A stretch of DNA of 55,108 nt, taken from contig CAZWUL010000002.1 of assembly GCA_964636625.1 (NCBI GenBank), forward strand, positions 1 to 55,108, given 5' to 3'. Below, piece by piece: positions 44,076 through 54,434 of the stretch; the first letter of the stretch is position 1, and each line of letters starts with the position of its first letter. The notes beneath the pieces were generated by a model. The model ran no database searches, had not been told where the DNA came from, and saw only the letters and a list, made by a program, of their open reading frames with translations. The stretch comes from an uncultured Atribacterota bacterium (lineage in GTDB: Bacteria > Atribacterota > Phoenicimicrobiia > Phoenicimicrobiales > Stramentimicrobiaceae). Position numbers and translations under genes: made by a program.

Positions 44076-45284
44076 ATGGCAAATTATGAATCATTATCTT
44101 ACCTGAACGAATTAGATAAAAAAGAATTAAAAAATAAAAAAGTATTGGTCAGGGTTGATTTTAATGTTCCTTTAAATGAAAATATGCAAGTTAGCGATGA
44201 TACTAGGATTGTTAAGGCTCTGGATACTATAAAATACCTTTTATCAGCAGACTGTACCCTAATTCTTATGAGTCATTTAGGGAGACCAAAAGGAGAAGTT
44301 GTTGATAAGATGAGACTAAAACCTGTTGGAAAATATTTATGTAACCTATTGAATAAAGATATTATTGAGCTTGATGATTGTATCGGACAGCCTGTCACAG
44401 ATGTTGTCTTAAAATCGAAGCCAGGAGACATTATTCTATTGGAAAATTTAAGGTTTCACGCAGAAGAAGAAAAAAATGATATTAATTTTGCAAAAAAACT
44501 TGCTTCAATAGCAGACATATATGTAAATGATGCTTTTGGGGCTGCCCATAGAGCACATGCCTCAACTGCTGGTGTGACTGAATATCTGCCATCTTATGCA
44601 GGTTTTTTGATAGAAAAAGAAGTCAAATCTTTAAATAAATTGCTTAATAATCCTGAAAAACCTTTTGTATCCATAATCGGAGGAGCAAAAGTGTCTGGAA
44701 AAATCGAGATATTAGAGAGTTTAGTAAAAGTATGTGATGTTTTGCTGATTGGAGGAGGTATGGCTTATACTTTTTTAGCTGCAAGGGGATATAATGTAGG
44801 AAAATCTATTTTAGAAAAAGATTTGATTGACTATGTAAAAAAAATAAATGAAAAAGCTGATGAGCAAAACACAGAGGTGATTATTCCAGTAGATTCTGTT
44901 ATGACGAAAGAGTTCAAAGAAAATGCTGAAAGCATAGATTTGCCGGTAGAAAAAATAGAATCTGATATGATAGGAATGGATATTGGCGAATCTACTATTG
45001 AACTGTATAAGGAAAAAATTGATAATGCTAAAACCATTTTTTGGAATGGCCCTTTAGGAGTTTTTGAAATGGAAAAATTTTCCAGAGGCACAAGGCAAAT
45101 TGCCGAAAAAATAGCCAGTTTAGGAAAAAATGTTTTTACAGTTGTTGGAGGAGGGGACTCTATAGCAGCAATTAACAAGATCGGCCTTGCTGATAAAATT
45201 TCACATATTTCAACAGGTGGAGGCGCATCACTGGAGTATTTAGGTGGGAAAAAACTACCCGGGATAGACGCTCTAAAGAAGTAA
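44076..45284 (+). CDS. pgk: Phosphoglycerate kinase
   Basis: VLVRVDFNVPL, SHLGRPKG, GGGDS and STGGGASLE motifs. Confidence 0.95.
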   Translation: MANYESLSYLNELDKKELKNKKVLVRVDFNVPLNENMQVSDDTRIVKALDTIKYLLSADCTLILMSHLGRPKGEVVDKMRLKPVGKYLCNLLNKDIIELDDCIGQPVTDVVLKSKPGDIILLENLRFHAEEEKNDINFAKKLASIADIYVNDAFGAAHRAHASTAGVTEYLPSYAGFLIEKEVKSLNKLLNNPEKPFVSIIGGAKVSGKIEILESLVKVCDVLLIGGGMAYTFLAARGYNVGKSILEKDLIDYVKKINEKADEQNTEVIIPVDSVMTKEFKENAESIDLPVEKIESDMIGMDIGESTIELYKEKIDNAKTIFWNGPLGVFEMEKFSRGTRQIAEKIASLGKNVFTVVGGGDSIAAINKIGLADKISHISTGGGASLEYLGGKKLPGIDALKK

Positions 45285-45361
45285 GGCTTTATAATAAGTT
45301 ACTATTAAAAACAAAGAAAAAACAATACAAGATTGGTTTATAATATAAGAATTAAAAAAAT

Positions 45362-45399
45362 AATAATGGATAGGCAAATGTCTATCCATTATTATTTTA
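45362..45399. terminator. Bidirectional-looking rho-independent terminator after pgk
   Basis: aataatggatag / ctatccattatt: perfect 12-bp stem with 8-nt loop, flanked by an A-run upstream and ATTTTAT downstream. Confidence 0.7.
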
Positions 45400-45505
45400 T
45401 ATAGGAATAAAAGAATATAACCAGCAAAAACCAAATATCGAGAAATATATTTATAAAATTACAAAAATATAAAGAGAGTACCTTTTTTAAAAGTAATGAT
45501 AAAAG

Positions 45506-45533
45506 TTGACAAAGAATATTTATGTTGTATAAT
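45506..45533 (+). promoter_or_regulatory. Consensus sigma-70 promoter of the CsoR-family gene
   Basis: TTGACA (45506-45511), 16-nt spacer, TATAAT (45528-45533). Confidence 0.7.
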
Positions 45534-45537
45534 TTAA

Positions 45538-45554
45538 ATACCCTAGGGGGGTAT
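45538..45554 (+). promoter_or_regulatory. Candidate CsoR/CstR-type operator (pseudo-palindrome ATACCC-TAGGG-GGGTAT)
   Basis: ataccctaggggggtat lies 5 nt downstream of the -10 box. It is the only G/C-tract palindrome in this AT-rich spacer and resembles the reported TACCC...GGGGTA operators of the CsoR family. Confidence 0.6.
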
Positions 45555-45563
45555 AGTAAAATT

Positions 45564-45848
45564 ATGTCAAAACATGAAAATATTAACGAAATTAATAAAA
45601 TAAAAATATTACAGCGTTTGAAAAGAATTGAAGGACAGATTAGGGGAATTCAGGGTATGATACTTGACAATCGCTCATGCGAAGAAATATTAATGCAGGT
45701 GTCAGCAGTAAAATCTGCTTTAAGCCGGGTTAATAAATTGATTTTAGAAGAAAAAGTTAATTCATGTTTTAATTACTCAGAGGAAATCTATCTTCCTCAA
45801 AGTGCCCTGGATGAAATTATTGAATTAATTAACAGGTTTGTAAGATAA
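45564..45848 (+). CDS. CsoR/RcnR/CstR-family (DUF156) metal- or thiol-sensing transcriptional repressor
   Basis: LQRLKRIEGQIRGIQGMILDNRSCEEILMQVSAVKSAL is the family signature. I moved the start to the ATG at 45564, because the ORF-track start at 45522 lies inside the promoter. Confidence 0.8.
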   Translation: MSKHENINEINKIKILQRLKRIEGQIRGIQGMILDNRSCEEILMQVSAVKSALSRVNKLILEEKVNSCFNYSEEIYLPQSALDEIIELINRFVR

Positions 45849-45849
45849 A

Positions 45850-45879
45850 TTGACATAGTTTTATTTTATATCTTATAAT
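45850..45879 (+). promoter_or_regulatory. Sigma-70-type promoter candidate in front of mcsA
   Basis: TTGACA (45850-45855), 18-nt spacer, TATAAT (45874-45879). I saw no GGTCAAA heptad (CtsR box) nearby. Confidence 0.5.
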
Positions 45880-45915
45880 TGTGCGGAAGAAATACCTGGA
45901 AAGAAGGTAAATATT

Positions 45916-46455
45916 ATGTTATGCCAGATGTGTAAAAAAAATGAAGCAACTGTAAAGATAGTTAAAGTTGTTGGTATGGGAAAAACAGAAATTAATGTAT
46001 GTAGCGAATGTGCAAATTACCTTTTGGGTAATACTATATCATCAATTTCTTTTTCTCAAAAAAATTTAAATGAAATATTAGGCAATCTTCTGAATACTTT
46101 TTATAAATATAGTGAGCAAGATAATTATAGTTCTTCTGATATTGAGCTTAAATGTATTAACTGTGGTTTAACATACAATGAATTCGTGAAGACCGGAAAA
46201 CTTGGTTGTAGTAAATGTTACGAAACATTTGCAAGACAAATGAAACCACTTTTAGAACGATTGCATGGGAATAGCGAGCATACCGGGAAAATTCCAGATG
46301 AAATTAAAGCCCATAATGATAGAATTAAAAAAATCAATATAATAAAGGAAGAGTTAAAAAAAGCTATATCTAAAGAAGAATATGAAAAAGCTGCCAAATT
46401 GAGGGATATTATTATTGAGGAAGAAAAAAAAGTTGGAATAAAAGGGAATGAATGA
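45916..46455 (+). CDS. mcsA: Protein arginine kinase activator McsA (UvrB/UvrC-motif zinc-finger protein)
   Basis: CQMCKKNEA...CSECA and CINCG...CSKCY zinc fingers, with a C-terminal UVR motif [13 protein letters not shown]. Confidence 0.85.
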   Translation: MLCQMCKKNEATVKIVKVVGMGKTEINVCSECANYLLGNTISSISFSQKNLNEILGNLLNTFYKYSEQDNYSSSDIELKCINCGLTYNEFVKTGKLGCSKCYETFARQMKPLLERLHGNSEHTGKIPDEIKAHNDRIKKINIIKEELKKAISKEEYEKAAKLRDIIIEEEKKVGIKGNE

Positions 46456-47515
46456 TAATACAGATAAATATATTAAACAATTAAGAGACTCAACATCGCT
46501 TTGGGTTAAAGGGCATGGACCCCAAAATCATATTGTTGTTAGCTCAAGGGTGAGGTTGGCTAGAAATATTAAAGATGTACCATTTCCTTTAAAAGCCAGT
46601 GATGAACAATTAAAAATAGTTTTGAGCCATAGTGAAAAAATTATAAAAGATAATAATTGTTTTGTAGATTTTAAGATTGTTAAACTAAATAATTTAACAT
46701 CAGTACAGAGAAATTTTTTAATTGAAAAACGATTAATAAGCATTGCCTTAGCTTCATTTAATAAACATTATAGTGCCTTTATCTATAACCCTGATGAGGT
46801 TATAAGTATTATGGTAAATGAAGAAGACCATTTCCGAATACAGTGTATGTTACCGGGTTTTCAGCTTCAAAAAGTATGGGATTTGATTAATTGGTATGAT
46901 GATAAGATAGAAAAAGAAGTTAAGTATGCTTTTGATAATTCACAGGGGTTTCTTACCTGTTGTCCGACAAATGCCGGTACTGGATTAAGAGCTTCTGTTA
47001 TGCTTCATTTGCCAGCTTTAATTATTTTAAACCGGATAAATGAGCAGTTAAAGTCAATATCGAATAAAGGGTATGCGGTAAGGGGTTTTTACGGTGAAGG
47101 CTCTGATTTTCATGGAAATCTTTTTCAAGTATCTAATCAGACAACATTAGGTTTAAGCGAAACTGAAATTATCAAACAAATAGAAAATGTTGTGGAGCAG
47201 TTAATTAATAAAGAACAAGAAGCAAGGGAAGAATTGATGGTCGGCGCAAAGAAAAAAATTGAAGACCAGGTTATGCGTTCTTATGGAATTTTAACAAATG
47301 CCAGAATTATATCAACAGCTGAAGCAGTAGACTTATTATCAAATATAAGACTTGGGATTGAAATGGGGATACTTATTAAAATAGGATATGATACTATAAA
47401 TCGCTTAATGACAATAATACAGCCAGGATATCTTCAGTTAACAAAAGGTAAAAAAATGGAGCAAGCTGAAAGGGGCGAAACCAGGGCAAAGCTCATTAGA
47501 GAGTTGTTGGCTTAA
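46448..47515 (+). CDS. mcsB: Protein arginine kinase McsB
   Basis: ATP:guanido phosphotransferase motifs (EEDHFRIQ, CPTNAGTGLRASVMLHLP). Overlaps the mcsA end. Confidence 0.9.
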   Translation: MNDNTDKYIKQLRDSTSLWVKGHGPQNHIVVSSRVRLARNIKDVPFPLKASDEQLKIVLSHSEKIIKDNNCFVDFKIVKLNNLTSVQRNFLIEKRLISIALASFNKHYSAFIYNPDEVISIMVNEEDHFRIQCMLPGFQLQKVWDLINWYDDKIEKEVKYAFDNSQGFLTCCPTNAGTGLRASVMLHLPALIILNRINEQLKSISNKGYAVRGFYGEGSDFHGNLFQVSNQTTLGLSETEIIKQIENVVEQLINKEQEAREELMVGAKKKIEDQVMRSYGILTNARIISTAEAVDLLSNIRLGIEMGILIKIGYDTINRLMTIIQPGYLQLTKGKKMEQAERGETRAKLIRELLA

Positions 47516-47617
47516 TATACTATATTAAATTATAAATCCAGAAAATAAATTTATAATTAATGAAATTTTGATAGATTTGTGATATTAATCTAATAGGGAA
47601 GGATCGGAAGATTAAAA

Positions 47618-50101
47618 ATGTTTAAAAGATATACGGAAAAAGTAAGAAAAGTAATTATGATGGCACAAGAAGAAGCCGTCAATTTAAATCATAATTATAT
47701 TGGTACTGAACATATTTTGGTAGGGTTAGTAAAGGAAAATGAAGGAATTGCTGGGAAGGTGTTGCGAGACGTTGGTGCAGAACCTGATAAAATTGTCGAA
47801 GAAATAGAAAAAATTGTAGGGAAAGGCGAATATCAGGAAGTTAGTGAAATAACATTCACACCCAGAGCCAAAAAAGTCTTGGAGTTAGCATCCCAGGAGG
47901 CCAGTCAATTAGGACAAAATTATATTGGTACTGAACATTTATTAATGGGATTAATTAAAGAAGGTAGCGGTGTAGCTACTAGAATCTTAACTGAAATGGG
48001 TATCGATCTTGATAGTATTTACTCCCAGGTAATGAAAGTATTAATGGAAAGCGGACAATCAGAATCAACAGTTACCGGAGGAAGTATTAGAAAGGATAGC
48101 AAGGTACCTACATTAGATGAATTTGGACGCGATTTAACTGAACTTGCCAAAGAAGATAAATTAGATCCGGTGGTAGGCAGAAACAATGAGATTCAGCGAG
48201 TACTTCAAATACTAAGCCGTAGAAAGAAAAATAATCCTTGTTTAATCGGCGAAGCTGGAGTAGGGAAAACTGCTATTGTTGAAGGGTTGGCACAAAAAAT
48301 TGCCAACCATGATGTCCCGGAAATATTAAAGGGAAAAAGAATCATAAGTTTAGATCTAGCCCTAATAGTTGCTGGAACTAAATATAGAGGGGAATTTGAA
48401 AAAAGGTTAAAGAAGATTGTAAAAGAAGTGCAAAATTCAAATGATGTTATTCTGTTTATTGATGAATTGCACACCTTAGTTGGGGCAGGGGCTGCTGAGG
48501 GGGCTATTGACGCATCAAACATATTGAAACCAGCATTAGCCAGGGGAGAAATACAGGCTATTGGCGCCACAACCACTGACGAATATAGAAAATATATTGA
48601 GAAAGATAAGGCGTTGGAAAGGCGTTTTCAGCCGATATATGTTTTAGAACCATCTATCGAAGAAGCTATTCAAATATTATCAGGTTTACGAGATAAGTAC
48701 GAAGCTCATCACAAACTCACTATTACTGAACAAGCCCTGGTATCAGCAGTAAAATTAGCTGCCAGATATGTTTCAGGGCGATTTTTGCCTGATAAAGCCA
48801 TTGATGTTATTGATGAAGCTTCTTCAAGGGTTAAATTAAAAAATACAGTTTATCCCCCAGATGTAAAAGAAGTTGAAAATCAATTGCTAAAGATTAGAAA
48901 AGAGAAAGAATCTTCTGTTAAATTACAAGAATTTGAAAAAGCGGCAAAATTAAGAGACAAGGAAAGAAAATGCATGGAACGCTACAATGAAATAAAGAAA
49001 GAATGGGAAACAGGTAGGACTAAAGATAAAATTGAAGTAACAGATGAGGATGTAGCAGAGGTAGTGTCCAGCTGGAGCGGTGTTCCTGTGTACTCTATTA
49101 AAGAGGAAGAAACGAAAAAACTTATTCGAATGGAAGAAGAGCTGCATAAGAGAATTGTCGGGCAAGATGAAGCGATAAGTGCAATTTCAAAAGCAGTGCG
49201 TAGGGCTCGTGCTGGAATGAAAGACCCTAAAAGGCCTATTGGTTCTTTTATTTTTCTGGGACCCACTGGAGTTGGCAAAACTGAATTAGCAAGAAGTTTA
49301 GCAGAATTCCTTTTCGGAGACGAAAATGCAATGATTAGTTTGGATATGTCTGAATATATGGAAAAATTTGCAGTATCTCGTTTAGTAGGTGCTCCCCCAG
49401 GATATGTTGGCTATGAAGAAGGTGGTCAGTTAACCGAAAAGGTTAGAAGGCGTCCCTATTCTGTAGTATTGCTTGACGAGATTGAAAAAGCCCACCCAGA
49501 TGTATTTAATATTCTTTTGCAGATATTTGAGGATGGCAGGTTAACCGATGCACAGGGAAGGGTAATAGATTTTAAAAACACGGTCATTATAATGACCTCA
49601 AATGTAGGGGCTACACTAATTAAAAAAGGAAAATCTTTAGGATTCAGAAGTGCTAATGAACCAGTTCAGATGTCATATAAAGATATTAAGGACAGTGTAA
49701 TGGGAGAATTGAATAAAACCTTTAGACCAGAATTCCTCAATCGTATCGATGAAGTGATTGTCTTTAAAAGCTTAACAGAGAATGAGATAAAAGAAATTGC
49801 TGATTTATTGCTTGCAGAAGTTATTGAATTGCTAAATGAACAAAAAATGACAGCAATTATTAAAAAAAGTGCTAAAGATATTTTGGCGAAAGAGGGATAT
49901 GATCCTAACTTTGGAGCAAGACCATTGCGAAGGACAATTGAAAGGTTAGTAGAAAATCCTATTTCTGAAAAAATTCTTGCAGGTGAATTCCAGGAAAATG
50001 ATAATATTGTGATAAAAGGCAAAAAATCTAAAATTGTATTTGAAAAGAGCAAACAGAAAGCTGATATGAAAAATGAGAAAAAAAGCAAGGATAAAAAATA
50101 A
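47618..50101 (+). CDS. clpC: ATP-dependent Clp protease ATP-binding subunit ClpC
   Basis: Two Clp_N repeats, Walker A GEAGVGKT and GPTGVGKT, and the UVR linker [12 protein letters not shown]. 827 aa. Confidence 0.95.
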   Translation: MFKRYTEKVRKVIMMAQEEAVNLNHNYIGTEHILVGLVKENEGIAGKVLRDVGAEPDKIVEEIEKIVGKGEYQEVSEITFTPRAKKVLELASQEASQLGQNYIGTEHLLMGLIKEGSGVATRILTEMGIDLDSIYSQVMKVLMESGQSESTVTGGSIRKDSKVPTLDEFGRDLTELAKEDKLDPVVGRNNEIQRVLQILSRRKKNNPCLIGEAGVGKTAIVEGLAQKIANHDVPEILKGKRIISLDLALIVAGTKYRGEFEKRLKKIVKEVQNSNDVILFIDELHTLVGAGAAEGAIDASNILKPALARGEIQAIGATTTDEYRKYIEKDKALERRFQPIYVLEPSIEEAIQILSGLRDKYEAHHKLTITEQALVSAVKLAARYVSGRFLPDKAIDVIDEASSRVKLKNTVYPPDVKEVENQLLKIRKEKESSVKLQEFEKAAKLRDKERKCMERYNEIKKEWETGRTKDKIEVTDEDVAEVVSSWSGVPVYSIKEEETKKLIRMEEELHKRIVGQDEAISAISKAVRRARAGMKDPKRPIGSFIFLGPTGVGKTELARSLAEFLFGDENAMISLDMSEYMEKFAVSRLVGAPPGYVGYEEGGQLTEKVRRRPYSVVLLDEIEKAHPDVFNILLQIFEDGRLTDAQGRVIDFKNTVIIMTSNVGATLIKKGKSLGFRSANEPVQMSYKDIKDSVMGELNKTFRPEFLNRIDEVIVFKSLTENEIKEIADLLLAEVIELLNEQKMTAIIKKSAKDILAKEGYDPNFGARPLRRTIERLVENPISEKILAGEFQENDNIVIKGKKSKIVFEKSKQKADMKNEKKSKDKK

Positions 50102-50124
50102 AAGAATTATTTTAATTTTAAAAA

Positions 50125-51495
50125 ATGAAGAGAAATATAAGAGAAATCTTTAAGTGTAAAAATTGTAATTACAAAACCCCACAATGGTTGGGGCGCTGTC
50201 CAAGTTGTGGGGATTGGAATACTTTTGAAAAGTGTGAAAGTACTGTCGAAAAATACACAGGTAGGGAAAATAGCAACCTTGCTAAACCTATTAATTATTT
50301 TAAATTTAATGACGAAATGCAGAGGTATAATTCTGGAATCATAGAATTTGATAGAGTGTTGGGAGGAGGAATAGTGCTGGGTTCACTGGTACTTATTGGA
50401 GGTGAACCTGGTATTGGAAAATCTACTCTGGTTCTACAAGCAGCAAACAATTTTTCTAAAAATGTCGGAAAATCTTTATATGTCACAGCTGAGGAATCGG
50501 TCAGACAAATAAATATGAGGGCAAATCGTTTATCTGTGAATTCGCAAAATTTATTTTTACTTTCAGAAACCGATTTAGAAAAGATAATTGAACAGATACT
50601 CTTTATTAAGCCAAAAATTGCTATTATAGATTCTATTCAGATTATAAATGATAATTCTGTATTATCACCCCCGGGAAGCGTTAATCAGGTTAAAAGCTGC
50701 ACTTCAAAATTAATGGAAGTAGCTAAAAAAAATAGTATTGCCATGATTATTGTAGGGCATGTAACAAAAGGGGGTGCAATTGCGGGGCCGAAAATATTAG
50801 AACACATGGTAGATACAGTATTATACCTTGAAGGAGAAAAATATCACTCATTTAGACTATTAAGAGGCATAAAAAATCGTTTTGGTACAACTAATGAATT
50901 AGGCATATTTCAGATGAAGAATGAAGGATTGGAAGAGGTAAAAAATCCTTCAAAGATGTTACTATCGTCTCGGGCTCAATCTATTCCTGGAACGGTTACT
51001 ACTATAACATTTGAAGGCAGTCGTCCTTTAGCAGTTGAGATTGAAGCATTAGTAAATTCATCTTTTTTAAACAATCCCAGAAGAATAACAACAGGAGTTG
51101 ATTATAATAGGGTTTCTCTAATTATTGCAGTTTTGGAAAATAGATTGGGGTTGCAATTTCAATATAAAGATATCTATGTGAATGCTGCAGGAGGCATTAG
51201 AATCAACGAGCCTGCAATTGACTTGGGAATTGCCTTAGCTATTATTAGTAGTACAAAAGGTTATACTATAGAAATGGACACTGTTGCATTTGGAGAATTA
51301 GGATTAACTGGAGAGCTAAGAGCGGTTGGTATGGCTGAGCAGAGAATAAAGGAAGCACAAAAAATCGGTTATAAGAAAGTAATCATGCCTTTAGAAAATA
51401 CTAGACAATTATCTACTTTTTTTTCTGATAAAATGGAGTTAAATGGTGTTTACAATGTACAAGAGTTAATAGATATAATGAGACATGCTAAGTAA
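50125..51495 (+). CDS. radA: DNA repair protein RadA/Sms
   Basis: CKNCNYKTPQWLGRCPSCGDWNTF zinc finger, GGEPGIGKSTL, KNRFG, and a Lon-like C-terminal domain. Confidence 0.95.
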   Translation: MKRNIREIFKCKNCNYKTPQWLGRCPSCGDWNTFEKCESTVEKYTGRENSNLAKPINYFKFNDEMQRYNSGIIEFDRVLGGGIVLGSLVLIGGEPGIGKSTLVLQAANNFSKNVGKSLYVTAEESVRQINMRANRLSVNSQNLFLLSETDLEKIIEQILFIKPKIAIIDSIQIINDNSVLSPPGSVNQVKSCTSKLMEVAKKNSIAMIIVGHVTKGGAIAGPKILEHMVDTVLYLEGEKYHSFRLLRGIKNRFGTTNELGIFQMKNEGLEEVKNPSKMLLSSRAQSIPGTVTTITFEGSRPLAVEIEALVNSSFLNNPRRITTGVDYNRVSLIIAVLENRLGLQFQYKDIYVNAAGGIRINEPAIDLGIALAIISSTKGYTIEMDTVAFGELGLTGELRAVGMAEQRIKEAQKIGYKKVIMPLENTRQLSTFFSDKMELNGVYNVQELIDIMRHAK

Positions 51496-51546
51496 AATAT
51501 ATTAATATCTTATAAAATAAGGACAGAGTATGATTTCTCAATATTT

Positions 51547-51575
51547 TTGACACAAAATATGGCAAATGATATAAT
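51547..51575 (+). promoter_or_regulatory. Consensus sigma-70 promoter upstream of the PIN/TRAM gene
   Basis: TTGACA (51547-51552), 17-nt spacer, TATAAT (51570-51575). It leaves a leader of about 140 nt. Confidence 0.65.
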
Positions 51576-51718
51576 TTAATTGCTTTTCAATGGTTTAAGA
51601 TAGCTTTTAATCAATTTAATTTATTTTATAAATAAAAAGGAGGTGATTATTACACCAAGTAAAAATAAAAAAAGACACTAATGGACAATTGGACAATTGA
51701 ATAAAGGAGGTACTTATT

Positions 51719-52861
51719 TTGTCAGGAGTGTTAAGGAAAATTTTTTGTATTATTTTTGTTCTGGCAGGTGGTTTTATTGGTTATGAAATATTTCCTGGCA
51801 TAAGATTCATAACAAATTTAGAGTTCTTAATTAATCAAAAATGGCTATTATACATTTTATCATTTATTATAGGTAGTTTTTTTGGATTTATAATATTTAT
51901 ACTAAGTAATAAAAAATTAAGCTCTTTAGGCGAAAGATTCATAACCTTTTTTTTAAAAATACCTACCCAGAATATTCTTTCAGGTGTTGTAGGTTTAATT
52001 GTAGGTTTAATAATTGCAAATTTACTGGCCTACTCATTGTCCTTTATCCCTTTTGTTGGAAATTATTTACCAATAATACTTAATATTTCGCTTGGTTTGT
52101 TAGGAATAATAGTAGGATTAAATAAAAGAGAGGAAAGTGTTAACTTTTATAGGAAGAGTATAGGAAGATTTAAAAAGAGGGACAGAGGAGTTTCGCAATA
52201 TCAACCGAAGATATTAGATACAAGCGTTATCATTGATGGAAGAGTAGCGGACATTTGCCAAACGGATTTTTTGGAGGGAGAATTAATTATACCGAGATTT
52301 GTATTAAATGAACTACAGGCTATAGCAGATTCCTCTGAACCACTAAAAAGAAATCGCGGGAGACGGGGTCTTGATGTATTAAATAGAATAAATAAAATAC
52401 ATACCAACAAAATTAAAATAATTAGTCAGGATTACCCTGATTTAAAAAGTGTTGATACAAAATTAATAAGGCTGGCAAAAGATCTTGATGCAAAAGTTCT
52501 TACAAATGATTATAACCTGAATAAGTTAGCCCAGTTAGAGAATATATCAGTGTTGAATATTAATGACCTTTCTAATGCATTAAAATCAGTTATTTTACCA
52601 GGAGAAGAATTGATAACACAGGTTATTAAAGAAGGAAAGGAATCGGGACAAGGAGTAGCCTATTTAGATGATGGTACCATGATTGTAGTTGAAAATGGTG
52701 TTAAAAACATTGGAGATAAAGTCAAAGTTACAGTGACAAGTATTTTACAGACACCTGCTGGAAGAATGATATTTGGCAGAGTTAAAGAAAAAATAGTAAC
52801 CAGGAAAAATTATGATTCCAGCGATAATAAAAAATTTTATTATAATAAAAAAAATCATTAA
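51719..52861 (+). CDS. PIN/TRAM domain-containing membrane protein (YacL-like)
   Basis: TTG start after AAGGAGG. Four N-terminal TM segments, a PIN core (ILDTSVIIDGR...LTNDYNL), and a C-terminal TRAM-like beta domain. Confidence 0.8.
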   Translation: MSGVLRKIFCIIFVLAGGFIGYEIFPGIRFITNLEFLINQKWLLYILSFIIGSFFGFIIFILSNKKLSSLGERFITFFLKIPTQNILSGVVGLIVGLIIANLLAYSLSFIPFVGNYLPIILNISLGLLGIIVGLNKREESVNFYRKSIGRFKKRDRGVSQYQPKILDTSVIIDGRVADICQTDFLEGELIIPRFVLNELQAIADSSEPLKRNRGRRGLDVLNRINKIHTNKIKIISQDYPDLKSVDTKLIRLAKDLDAKVLTNDYNLNKLAQLENISVLNINDLSNALKSVILPGEELITQVIKEGKESGQGVAYLDDGTMIVVENGVKNIGDKVKVTVTSILQTPAGRMIFGRVKEKIVTRKNYDSSDNKKFYYNKKNH

Positions 52862-52908
52862 AAAATCATAAAATATTGTGGTTATTACTCAAAAATAAGG
52901 AGATTCAA

Positions 52909-54336
52909 TTGGCCTTAAAACTATATAATACATTGAGCGGGAAAAAAGAAGAATTCATTCCTTTGAAAGAGGGAAAAGTTGGAATGTATGTTTGTGGACC
53001 TACTGTTTATGATTATTTTCATATTGGAAATGCCAGGCCCTTTTTAATATTTGAGGTTTTAAGAAGATACTTTAAGTTTAAAAAATATAAGGTGAAATAT
53101 GTTACCAATTTTACTGATATTGATGATAAGGTTATTAAAAAGGCCAATGAACTTGGAATGGAATTTTCAGAAGTTGCAAAGCGATTTATAAAAGAATATT
53201 TCCAGGATGCTGATTGTCTAAATATAGGAAGGGCTGATGTATACCCTCGTGCTACAGAACATATATATGACATAATTGATTTCATACGTGGATTAGAGGA
53301 AAAAGACTATGCCTATTTTGTTGATGGTGATGTCTTTTTTGATGTTAGTCATTATAAGGAATATGGAAAGTTATCGAAACAAAATTTAGATGAGATTAGA
53401 ACTGGAGAAAGAATAGAAGTAGATGTTCGCAAAAAAAATCCCTTTGATTTTGTTTTATGGAAAGAAGCAAAAAAAGGAGAACCTTACTGGGAAAGCCCCT
53501 GGGGCAATGGAAGACCTGGTTGGCATATTGAATGCTCGGTAATGTCTCGGAAGTATCTTGGGGATAGTTTTGATATTCATGCTGGAGGTGCTGATTTAAT
53601 ATTTCCGCACCATGAGAATGAAATTGCCCAGAGTGAGGCTTTAACCGGGAAAATATTTGCAAAATATTGGTTACACAATGGGTATTTGAAAATTGATAAC
53701 AAAAAAATGTCTAAATCACTAGGTAATATTTTAAAAATAAGAGAGCTCTGCCAGAAATATGACGGCTCGGTTATTAGGCATTTTTTACTTTCTGCGCATT
53801 ATAGAAGTCCCCTAAATTTTTCAGAAGAGCAAATTGAGCAATCAAAAAATAGTATGGAAACGTTGAATAATATTATTTACAATATCCAATTTTTAGAAAA
53901 ACAAGGAAATTTAAGTGAACAGACTTGTTCTGAAGATAAAGAACTGTTGAGTATTAAGTCAAAAATGGAAGAAAAATTTTTAAAAGCAATGGATGATGAT
54001 TTAAATACCCCCGTGGCGCTAAGTACTTTATTTTTACTGGCAAAAAGTGTAAATAAATATTTAAATAATAGCAGGGTTAAAAATAATATAGTCATAAGTA
54101 AAATTTTGGATTTTTATGATAAGTACGGTTCACAGATTCTTGGTTTTAAAGACATAGCGAAAAAAGTAGAAGATAATGAAATAAAAAATAAAGATATTGA
54201 GACAATGATTAAAAACAGGGAAATAGCTAGAAAAAATAAAGATTGGAAAACTGCTGACATAATACGGCAGAAATTGAAAAATAAAGGTATTATTTTGGAG
54301 GATACTGCAGAGGGAATACGATGGAAAAACGCTTGA
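52909..54336 (+). CDS. cysS: Cysteine--tRNA ligase
   Basis: HIGN ([11 protein letters not shown]) and KMSKS motifs. The start is placed at the TTG at 52909, 6 nt after AAGGAG, which is in frame with the ORF-track start at 52876. Confidence 0.95.
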   Translation: MALKLYNTLSGKKEEFIPLKEGKVGMYVCGPTVYDYFHIGNARPFLIFEVLRRYFKFKKYKVKYVTNFTDIDDKVIKKANELGMEFSEVAKRFIKEYFQDADCLNIGRADVYPRATEHIYDIIDFIRGLEEKDYAYFVDGDVFFDVSHYKEYGKLSKQNLDEIRTGERIEVDVRKKNPFDFVLWKEAKKGEPYWESPWGNGRPGWHIECSVMSRKYLGDSFDIHAGGADLIFPHHENEIAQSEALTGKIFAKYWLHNGYLKIDNKKMSKSLGNILKIRELCQKYDGSVIRHFLLSAHYRSPLNFSEEQIEQSKNSMETLNNIIYNIQFLEKQGNLSEQTCSEDKELLSIKSKMEEKFLKAMDDDLNTPVALSTLFLLAKSVNKYLNNSRVKNNIVISKILDFYDKYGSQILGFKDIAKKVEDNEIKNKDIETMIKNREIARKNKDWKTADIIRQKLKNKGIILEDTAEGIRWKNA

Positions 54337-54434
54337 CTATATTCAAAATGGTAGTCTATAATTGAATAAAATTTTGTAAAAAAGTTATTTAAAAAACAAA
54401 AATAACTCCCGGGTTTTTTAAGAGAGGTGTTTAA

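Noticed and set aside
45522-45563. ORF-track N-terminal extensions: the DUF156 gene from 45522, cysS from 52876, ispD from 36280 and nadD from 39788.
   Set aside because: The extensions overlap a consensus promoter or the upstream gene, and they lack SDs. Internal starts with SDs or stop-start overlaps give N-termini matching the conserved family starts.
45885-45910. Second CsoR-type operator in front of mcsA (aatacctggaaagaaggtaaat).
   Set aside because: Only ATACC/GGTAA half-matches are present, without the G/C tracts, and the spacing is different. That is not convincing without binding data.
52862-52908. T-box or riboswitch leaders upstream of cysS, and a SAM riboswitch upstream of punA/mtnA (29437-29553).
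   Set aside because: The cysS spacer is only 47 nt. The punA upstream region shows none of the conserved SAM-I or T-box sequence blocks that I can recognise.
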